Part shown: positions 39,926-46,879 of the stretch, piece after piece
How positions within the stretch are numbered: the first letter of the stretch is position 1
How the letters are laid out: each line of letters opens with the position of its first letter
Origin: Campylobacterales bacterium
Lineage (GTDB): Bacteria > Campylobacterota > Campylobacteria > Campylobacterales > Sulfurimonadaceae
NCBI GenBank assembly: GCA_038205935.1
Contig: JBBRBK010000009.1
Span: 1-46,879, forward strand
DNA: 46,879 nt
Direction of reading: 5' to 3'
The notes under the pieces: generated by a model
What the model saw: only the letters and a program-made list of their open reading frames with translations
Told to the model about the DNA's origin: nothing
Databases searched by the model: none
Program-made: the position numbers and the translations under genes

Positions 39926-40916
39926 GGCATTCTCCTAAATGTATATAAAATGTTGGCTCTTCTTTGTCAATCACTTCTAAAAAACCTTTGCATAAAAGTT
40001 CAAGTCTTTGGTTGAGATTTGTAAGCCCTATCCCAAACTTACTGCTCTTCATCGCTCTGCCGTCATTTTTGATGATAAGCACTTTTTTTTGCTCATCAAA
40101 AGAGATTTCGATATTGAGATTTTTCTCTTTTTGGATAAAACCGTGCTTGATCGCATTTTCCACTAAAAGCTGGATAGAAAATTTTGGAATCTTATAATTT
40201 GGGATAAAACCGCTTACATGTAAGGATATTTTATCCGCAAAACGGATATTTTCAAGCTCCACATAATCCCTTACATGTAAGAGCTCATTTTTGATGCTGA
40301 TATGCGATTCTTCGCTCATGGTATTGCGTAAAAATGAGGAAACTTTGAGCACTGCTTCTTCGGCTTTGTTGACATCTGTGTGGATAAGTTCTGCGATGGA
40401 GTTGAGCGCGTTAAATAAAAAATGGGGATTTAACTGAGTTTCAAGGGAAGAGAGACGGCTTTTGACATAGTTACTTTGAGTCTCCTCTTTTTCATTTCTC
40501 ATCCGTACAAAACCGTAAAAAATAGCACCCATCAAATAAGTAAGAACTCCAATTGCCACAGCTATATCAAAGAGCTCTGTTTGAAAGATTCCAAGAAGTG
40601 TAATACCAAAAATATTTGCAAGCATCACACTTAACCATGTGCCTAAAAATCCTGAAGAAAATGAGAAAAAAACGGCAGAAGGAAGCCAGAGTATTTGGTT
40701 CATCGTAGGAAGTAAAAATCGGTTCATAAAACTTATGAAGATCAAAGACAAAAGTGTAATGCTAAATCCTAAAACGACACCATAAAAAGCCCCTTCAACC
40801 CACTCCTTAGCTAAAAGTGTATAACCCAAAGAGGAAAGAAATCCACCTAAAATAATGCCAAATATCAAGATATAAAGCCAGTCTTTGAGCTTTACATGTA
40901 AAGCTATATCATACAT
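39906..40916 (-). CDS. LytS/YehU-type membrane histidine kinase
   Basis: 4 TM, QLNPHFLFNALNSI H-box, VENAIKHG, GIGLTNL. Confidence 0.92.
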   Translation of the reverse strand: MYDIALHVKLKDWLYILIFGIILGGFLSSLGYTLLAKEWVEGAFYGVVLGFSITLLSLIFISFMNRFLLPTMNQILWLPSAVFFSFSSGFLGTWLSVMLANIFGITLLGIFQTELFDIAVAIGVLTYLMGAIFYGFVRMRNEKEETQSNYVKSRLSSLETQLNPHFLFNALNSIAELIHTDVNKAEEAVLKVSSFLRNTMSEESHISIKNELLHVRDYVELENIRFADKISLHVSGFIPNYKIPKFSIQLLVENAIKHGFIQKEKNLNIEISFDEQKKVLIIKNDGRAMKSSKFGIGLTNLNQRLELLCKGFLEVIDKEEPTFYIHLGECHENTRS

Positions 40917-42330
40917 CTAAAAGCCTCTTTAGATTGTTGACGCCAAGCATTACACCCGGCCAGCCTTGCGCTGCATAAACCGTGTCACCCACGTTGTAAA
41001 TTCCTTCTATGGGCGTGTCGTTTGATGGTAAAAAAGGGAGAAAGTTTTTCATAGTGATCGCATTGCCTCCAAGTTGAGAACGGTTGATATATCTTGCAAA
41101 GGTACTCGGAGTTGCCGCAAAACAATCAACTATCTGAGAATTTTGGATACCGAGATTTTTCATCAATGATTCTAGCAGTAAGTTTTTTAATTTCTCTTTT
41201 TTTGCCTTATAATCTGCACCTTTTTTCCAAAATCTCGTATCTGTATGGATGGAAGCTGTGATGGAGTAGTAGCCTTTTGGCGCGATTTGCTCATCATCTT
41301 TCTCTGAAAATGAAACAAAAAGTGCTTTTGAAAGAGTCATCTCAAAATTTTCATCTTGAATGATCTGATAATGATGGAAAAAATCTGCGTCGCTTTTGAT
41401 AGTGAGATAGAGCATAAAAGAGCTTTGATGATTGTCGAGCTTTTCATATTTTTTGTAGTAATCTTGTATCAAACTCGCATCAAAAAGTTTTGCACTCTCA
41501 TACACGGTGGAGTTTAAAATCACATTTTTTGCTTGTGTAACTCCCTCTTTGGTATAAAGTTTATAGTAACCATCTTTTTTTTCTATTTTTTTCACTTCAG
41601 CATTTTTTCTCACATCTTGCATATTTGCACTCATTCCATCAAAAAGCGCGCCCATTCCGCCATACACATAATGGGTTTCATTGAAGGTATATCCAAGAGC
41701 AAGCGCGCAGGTAAAAAAGTTTATCTCAGAACTTTTTGCCTGAGCCACGATCATAATCTGGGAGTCTAAAAAATCCAAATACTCTTTGTCCATTCCGCCA
41801 AAAAAATGATCTAAAAAGGTTTTTGCATTAGAGAAAAAATATCGAAAAAACTTCATAAAAATGGGCATATAGCTAAGAAGTGAAACCGCTTTTTTAAAAA
41901 ATGAACGGTTAGAATAATAGTATCCATCAGTTGCATAAAACTTTTTATTGAGTTCATACACAAGCGTCCAAAACTCCCTATTTTTTGGATGGGGATAGTT
42001 TTGTTCCACAACTTGTAAAAACTTTTCTAAGTCCCTAAATCGTGGAGTAGTTTTTCCATTTTGCAATATCACGATGGCTGGATCTGTTGCTAAAAGTTTT
42101 GGTTTATAGCCTATGGCATCAAAAAGAGATTTTACGATGTGTCCCTCTTGATAGCCCGCCAAAGTGGTCGCTCCAGCGTTGTACATGTAAGAGTTGCGAG
42201 TAAAGGTAGAACTGCATCCGCCAAGGTGGCTGTCTTTTTCAAAAAGTGCAGTTTTATGCCCTTTTGCATCAAGATAAGCCGCGATGGAACATCCACCTAC
42301 TCCAGAGCCGACAACTGCATATTCTAACAC
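40909..42330 (-). CDS. Phytoene desaturase family FAD oxidoreductase (CrtD-like)
   Basis: GSGVGG Rossmann motif, GGCSSTF.R, GATT, GGM, ATP.TF.RY, VGDT...QGWPGV. GTG start. Confidence 0.75.
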   Translation of the reverse strand: MLEYAVVGSGVGGCSIAAYLDAKGHKTALFEKDSHLGGCSSTFTRNSYMYNAGATTLAGYQEGHIVKSLFDAIGYKPKLLATDPAIVILQNGKTTPRFRDLEKFLQVVEQNYPHPKNREFWTLVYELNKKFYATDGYYYSNRSFFKKAVSLLSYMPIFMKFFRYFFSNAKTFLDHFFGGMDKEYLDFLDSQIMIVAQAKSSEINFFTCALALGYTFNETHYVYGGMGALFDGMSANMQDVRKNAEVKKIEKKDGYYKLYTKEGVTQAKNVILNSTVYESAKLFDASLIQDYYKKYEKLDNHQSSFMLYLTIKSDADFFHHYQIIQDENFEMTLSKALFVSFSEKDDEQIAPKGYYSITASIHTDTRFWKKGADYKAKKEKLKNLLLESLMKNLGIQNSQIVDCFAATPSTFARYINRSQLGGNAITMKNFLPFLPSNDTPIEGIYNVGDTVYAAQGWPGVMLGVNNLKRLLDV

Positions 42331-43262
42331 TGTTTTAACTCCTCATATATCTCTTTTAAACTCTCTACAAAAAGCGGATGATTGTTCACAGCTTTAGCGA
42401 CGCGATAATCCACAAATCCCATCTCCTGCGCTTTTTCTCTATACTCGATCTCAAGCTCAAACTCTGTCTCAGAGTTATCAACCGTAAAAGCTATCGGATA
42501 GATTATCACTTTTTTCTTTTTTAAGCTCTGGAGTTTATCTTCCAAATAAGGACGAATCCATTCCAGTGGTCCAAGACGCGATTGATATGCAAGATGGGTG
42601 TTATGAAACTCTAAGCCTGCTTCATGAAGTGCTCTTCTTGCGTAATATACATTATACTTAATATGTCTTTGATACAAATCACCTTTATCGATGATTCTTT
42701 GCGGTAGTCCATGCGCTGAAAAAACAAGTTCATACTCGCTTGGATTGGCATCAGCTAAAGACTCTTTGATGCGCTCAACGATAGCCTGATTGTATTTTTC
42801 ATTTTTATAATATTTGTCTATGGTTTTGAGTTTTGCTTTGATGCCAAGATTTTTCATTGATTTTTCTAAGTCTTGCATACTTGAAAGTGTCGTAGTTGAT
42901 GAGTAATGTGGATACAGTGGAAGAGCGTAGATCTCATCTACTTCTTGAAGATTTTTGAGCGTATCTTTTGCAAAGGGAGGCGTATAGCGCATCACCATAT
43001 GAACCGTCGCATCTACATGTAAGCTCAGTGCCTCGATGAGCTGTTGTGTATAGCCAACTATCGGAGATTTTCCGCCAATGGCTTTGTAGTTCCCCTTGGC
43101 TTCATCAAGACGCTTAAAAATAATGAGTTTAGCCACAAGCATTCGGATTAGTTTTGGTGCGTTAATGACGTTTTTATCGTTAAACATATTGTGTAAAAAA
43201 ACTTGCACTTCATCAAGATTATTGGGTCCGCCCATGTTTAAAAGTAAAATTGCTCTTTTCAT
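42324..43262 (-). CDS. hemH: Ferrochelatase
   Basis: LLNMGGP, GGKSP, MRY, LYPHYS.TT, FSAHGLP, YQSR.GP..W, F..DNSET..E. Confidence 0.96.
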   Translation of the reverse strand: MKRAILLLNMGGPNNLDEVQVFLHNMFNDKNVINAPKLIRMLVAKLIIFKRLDEAKGNYKAIGGKSPIVGYTQQLIEALSLHVDATVHMVMRYTPPFAKDTLKNLQEVDEIYALPLYPHYSSTTTLSSMQDLEKSMKNLGIKAKLKTIDKYYKNEKYNQAIVERIKESLADANPSEYELVFSAHGLPQRIIDKGDLYQRHIKYNVYYARRALHEAGLEFHNTHLAYQSRLGPLEWIRPYLEDKLQSLKKKKVIIYPIAFTVDNSETEFELEIEYREKAQEMGFVDYRVAKAVNNHPLFVESLKEIYEELKQC

Positions 43263-43343
43263 AAATCTACCCTCTTTTTTTATTTTATTTTATAAAAAGA
43301 GAGAAGTTTTTTGTATGCCTTTTTTGTTAACTGATGGGCTTAG

Positions 43344-43877
43344 TCAATCTTTTATAATAGTAATCACTAACTCTCCAACTTGAAAGCCAAATTTTTTCAT
43401 CTTCGAGTGGTTGATGATTACGCCATCTTGCACAAGATGGAGCCAGTCACGCACGTTGATATCGATGATGGAGTCTTTGTAGGGAACTTGCATCGTGTAA
43501 TCTAGCATCACGGTATTGCCATTTGCTACCATTGGCGCTTCGCCTACGATATCTCCCGCCGTTCCTATAAATGTTTTGGCTTCATGAGTCGGGCGAAGCG
43601 TCCAAACACGGTGCTGTTTTGTGCCATCACTGTAGATAAAATGCTCATCTAAAGTGCCTACGCCTTTGGCATCCCAGCTTCCAACGAGATCGCCTTTGAA
43701 ACTTTTAATGATTTTTCCATCCATCCCTTTGACGATTCCATAAGCTCTCAGATGACCGTTGAAATATTTTTGCGGAACAAACTCAGGAGTTGTACCGTTA
43801 AAATCCTCCATCTGCATCGAAGAACATCCTGCAAATATCGTACATGCAAGTACGCCTAGTAATGATTTGAGTTTCAT
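43344..43877 (-). CDS. DUF3833 family lipoprotein
   Basis: Lipobox AGC, YFNG...AYG, LDEHF.YSDG..Q.R.W, DW, M.KFG..VG. Confidence 0.85.
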   Translation of the reverse strand: MKLKSLLGVLACTIFAGCSSMQMEDFNGTTPEFVPQKYFNGHLRAYGIVKGMDGKIIKSFKGDLVGSWDAKGVGTLDEHFIYSDGTKQHRVWTLRPTHEAKTFIGTAGDIVGEAPMVANGNTVMLDYTMQVPYKDSIIDINVRDWLHLVQDGVIINHSKMKKFGFQVGELVITIIKD

Positions 43878-45097
43878 AGTAATCCTTTATTTAAATTCAT
43901 ATTTTGATCTTGGGTAAACACAAACTGCATCACCCCAATATTTCTAGTGATAAATCCCGCTTCACAGTATTTAAGATACATTTTCCACATACGAATGAAG
44001 TATTCATCAAAGCCAAGAGCCTTTACATGTAAGAGATTTTTTGTAAAATTTTCATCCCAAATATGTAAAGTCTTTGCATAATCCTCAGTAAAATCTTCAA
44101 GATGCAAAAGATTGAAACGGGTATGTTCTGCTGTGACACTGAGTATCTTGTTGACACTTGGTAGATGCCCGCCGGGAAAGATATACTTTTGTATAAAATC
44201 TGTACTCTTTGAGTAAGCCGCATATCTTTGATCTGGAATGGTGATAACCTGCATCACAAGAACACCCTCAGGTTTTAAAAGTGACTGACACTGTTTAAAA
44301 AAGATATCAAAATATTCGCTTCCCACTGCCTCAAACATCTCCACAGAGATAATGGCGTCAAACTGCCCTTCAAGATCACGATAGTCTTTGAGAAGTATTT
44401 TGATTTTTTCATCAACGTCTTCTTCTTTAAATCTTTTATGGCAAAGCTCTTTTTGCTCTTTTGAGAGTGTGACTGTTGTAACCTCGCACTCTAACTCTTT
44501 TGCCAGATAAATCGCCATTTCGCCCCAGCCTGAGCCTATTTCAAGGACTTTTGAGCCTTTTTTGACATTGAGCTTTTGGGCTAAAAGTTTGATTTTTCTC
44601 ATCTGCGCATCATATAAAGACTCATTTTTATCTGCAAACACGGCACTTGAGTACATCATAGATTTATCTAGCATCAGCGTAAAAAAATCGTTTGAAAGAT
44701 CATAATGCTCAGCAATATTTTTCTGCGCTTTTGTTTTAGAATTTTTACGCAGTAAATGTTTAATACGATTAAAATTTGGCAAGAGATTACTAAAACGATT
44801 TTTACTATAATCTTCGCTTTTGATGCCGAGTTTATGAGAGTTGATAAGCGCAATTTCTATGAGTTTATCAAGATGATCACAATCAAAATCGCCATCCATA
44901 TAACTCTCCGCAAAACCAATATCTCCAAAAAATGATAGACGTTTAAAAAACTGTGATTTGTGGAGATGTAAGCTTACATGGTAGCCATTTCCATCCCCAT
45001 AATGCTTTACTTCTCCGTGAGGATAGTGCACTTCTAGATTGCCATACTCTAAAGTACTTAAAAACTTATGTCCAAGTTTGCTCCAAAAACCTTTCAT
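43874..45097 (-). CDS. cfa: Cyclopropane-fatty-acyl-phospholipid synthase family methyltransferase (Cfa/UfaM-like)
   Basis: GFAESYMDG, NIAEHYDLSNDFF, MMYSSA, LEIGSGWG, SVEMFEAVG, FIQKYIFPGG. Confidence 0.9.
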   Translation of the reverse strand: MKGFWSKLGHKFLSTLEYGNLEVHYPHGEVKHYGDGNGYHVSLHLHKSQFFKRLSFFGDIGFAESYMDGDFDCDHLDKLIEIALINSHKLGIKSEDYSKNRFSNLLPNFNRIKHLLRKNSKTKAQKNIAEHYDLSNDFFTLMLDKSMMYSSAVFADKNESLYDAQMRKIKLLAQKLNVKKGSKVLEIGSGWGEMAIYLAKELECEVTTVTLSKEQKELCHKRFKEEDVDEKIKILLKDYRDLEGQFDAIISVEMFEAVGSEYFDIFFKQCQSLLKPEGVLVMQVITIPDQRYAAYSKSTDFIQKYIFPGGHLPSVNKILSVTAEHTRFNLLHLEDFTEDYAKTLHIWDENFTKNLLHVKALGFDEYFIRMWKMYLKYCEAGFITRNIGVMQFVFTQDQNMNLNKGLL

Positions 45098-45098
45098 T

Positions 45099-45839
45099 TT
45101 AATATCTCCTTGTTTGATCAGATAGTTGTGGTGAAGAGAATTGCATCCCTTTTCTCTTGAGTAAAAATGATTGCCACAGCGTTCGCGTGACTACACCAAA
45201 AGTTAAAAAGGTGTGTTTGCAAAAGAGTTTTAGTATCTGCTTTGCACTAAATTCACGACTTTGAGCACTCAAGGATGCAACAAGAGTTTTCGCTCCATCT
45301 TGGTATAAAACAATGCTAAGAGCCAACTTTTGCTCATTATAAGAAAGGGTGAAAACATAACGTCCATCTCTTTTTAAAAACGGAGAAACATACATATCTT
45401 TTTGCACCGCGCCTCTAAAAGTTCCCTCACCTGTTTGTTCAAGTTTAACTTCATATACAACTCTTCCGCCGTTATAGTTATGCACCTCTGCTAAAAGCGT
45501 TGTTGGAGTATTGTTATTAAATAGTATGAGCGTACTGATGGGGTTAAATACAAAGTTAAAAATTCTCGGAAGCGTGATAAAACGCATCTGAGGCGTTGCC
45601 TGAAGATCAAATTTTTTCAACAGTTCTTCTATGTTTTTATAGAAATCATCACTCGTGCCAAAGTGGTCTTTTGCTTTAAATGAGAAGAGATTAAAACCCT
45701 TACATGTAAAGAGAAAATTGTGGAGTATGCTAAGATTTTGCACATCGATATCGAGCATAAAAAACGGATAGGTAAATTTATGCTCTGTTGGAATAAAACG
45801 CTTATGGAAAATCTCTCCATCATAAAACCGATGGCTCAT
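45099..45839 (-). CDS. DUF1365 family protein (UfaO-like)
   Basis: G...HKR..P..H.F.Y, PR...FVFNPIS, AEVHN, K..YVSPF. Start re-assigned to ATG 45839 (ATGA overlap). Confidence 0.85.
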   Translation of the reverse strand: MSHRFYDGEIFHKRFIPTEHKFTYPFFMLDIDVQNLSILHNFLFTCKGFNLFSFKAKDHFGTSDDFYKNIEELLKKFDLQATPQMRFITLPRIFNFVFNPISTLILFNNNTPTTLLAEVHNYNGGRVVYEVKLEQTGEGTFRGAVQKDMYVSPFLKRDGRYVFTLSYNEQKLALSIVLYQDGAKTLVASLSAQSREFSAKQILKLFCKHTFLTFGVVTRTLWQSFLLKRKGMQFSSPQLSDQTRRY

Positions 45840-46879
45840 AATGCACATCCTAGTTGGTGTGCGACATCATTTGCACTCCAAAGTCCATCTTCATGAAAAC
45901 CGTATCTCCAGTATGCTCCCGCAAAGTAAGTGTTGTTTTTGCCATCAATAGTGTGTTTATATTTTTGTGCCGCAATCGCTTTTTTATCAAACTGTGGATG
46001 TGCGTAGCGGATGCGTTCTATGACATGGGAGAGCGAATCGATCTCGTTGAGTGAAACAAAATACTCTTTATCTGAATCAAGATTTTGCAATCTGTTGATC
46101 CAATAAGAAAGCGTCACAGCCTCAGCATTCACGCCACTTTTGTAGTTCCATGCGGCATAAATATTTTTATCTGGATACAAAGCTTGCGTGTCATTATGAA
46201 GAAGGGCATCATTTTCTTTGTAAGAAAAAGCACCAAGTACCTTTTTTTCCTCCACACTTGCATCTTTTAAAAGCTCCAGAGTTTGGGGTGCATGCGTAGC
46301 CATCACGACTTTGTCATACAAAGATACTGATCCATCTGCATGAACAAGTTTGACTCCACCATCCTCACGTAACACTTCGACTACATCACTATTTAAAATG
46401 ATCTTTCCGCTGATATGCTCTTTGATTGCATTGACATAGTTGATAGAACCGCCACTTACTGTAAGCCACTGGTGTTGCGTACTGACACCCAAAAGTCCGT
46501 GATTTTTAAAAAACTGCAAAAAAGTACGCGCTGGAAAATCATCCATTTTATTGCTCGGAGTCGACCAGATAGCCGCGCCCATTGGCAAAAGATATCTTTG
46601 TTTAAAAGCCTCTCCATAAGGAGCAATATATTCGCCCAAACTTTTATCGAGCTCTTTTGTGTCGTTATCTACGTCTGCGTTTGCTTTTTTATTGAAACTC
46701 ATAATGTCATAAATCATTTTGTAATGTGTGAGAGAAAAAAGATTTTTCTTTTGAAAAAATACACCTCTAAGAGTTTGAGCATTGTAAGCGACATTACTCA
46801 CTTTATCCCAAAATCCAAAGCTCATATCACTCTTTTCTATCTTTACATGTAAGGATGTAAAAAGCTTTGTTAAAAGTGG
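45836..46879 (-). CDS. FAD-dependent oxidoreductase COG2907 (UfaD-like), 3' part; start lies beyond the right edge
   Basis: Frame is open to the edge (PLLTKLFTSLHVKIEKSDMSF). PMGAAIWS, FFKNHGLL, W.TV.GGS, AAWNY, Y.HP, GAYWRYGFHEDG. Confidence 0.88.
   Translation of the reverse strand, partial: PLLTKLFTSLHVKIEKSDMSFGFWDKVSNVAYNAQTLRGVFFQKKNLFSLTHYKMIYDIMSFNKKANADVDNDTKELDKSLGEYIAPYGEAFKQRYLLPMGAAIWSTPSNKMDDFPARTFLQFFKNHGLLGVSTQHQWLTVSGGSINYVNAIKEHISGKIILNSDVVEVLREDGGVKLVHADGSVSLYDKVVMATHAPQTLELLKDASVEEKKVLGAFSYKENDALLHNDTQALYPDKNIYAAWNYKSGVNAEAVTLSYWINRLQNLDSDKEYFVSLNEIDSLSHVIERIRYAHPQFDKKAIAAQKYKHTIDGKNNTYFAGAYWRYGFHEDGLWSANDVAHQLGCAL

Larger units (their letters stand above)
3489..46853. 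repeat. Dispersed palindromic motif YYTACATGTARR (core TACATGTA), at least 26 copies
   Basis: Core starts at 3491, 4238, 5162, 7138, 10228, 11558, 12215, 13265, 13863, 15130, 21731, 23673, 25913, 27114, 27444, 29437, 33437, 34842, 40215, 40272, 40893, 42182, 43014, 44024, 45701, 46844 (manual scan, may be incomplete). Confidence 0.9.

Noticed and set aside
3489..46853. TACATGTA copies as a CRISPR array, REP/MITE or transcription-factor regulon
   Set aside because: Spacing is irregular, there is no shared flanking sequence beyond about 12 bp, and all copies are intragenic rather than in promoters or intergenic DNA.

Overview
An AT-rich (roughly 35% GC by eye), gene-dense chromosomal segment. 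It most likely comes from a free-living Campylobacterota such as a Sulfurimonas-like organism. That is an inference from the gatC...cvpA-fur-lysS-glyA-DUF1882-SPOR-aroE order, the class II DAHP synthase and the cheX-fliN-fliO genes. Housekeeping genes include gap, pyk, trmA, fliP, a xerD-like recombinase, gatC, pilT, lysS, glyA, trpE, aroE, recR, mltA, uvrA and hemH. Accessory blocks are: a partial mcrC at the left edge; a six-gene envelope-modification cluster; a three-gene sensor/SCO/GGDEF-EAL signalling cassette; and a furan-fatty-acid-like (ufaD/ufaO/cfa/DUF3833) cluster followed by hemH, a CrtD-like desaturase and a LytS/LytTR pair. No rRNA, tRNA, CRISPR array or IS element was seen. The strongest unexplained signal is a dispersed palindrome, core TACATGTA with consensus YYTACATGTARR (best form CTTACATGTAAG). 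A manual scan found at least 26 copies, all inside coding sequence and in all three reading frames, and it appears to alter protein sequences. Other leads are a perfect sigma-28 promoter in front of a ~90-nt ORF-less terminated unit (candidate sRNA), the SCO-linked c-di-GMP cassette, and a yfgM-bamB-like gene pair.
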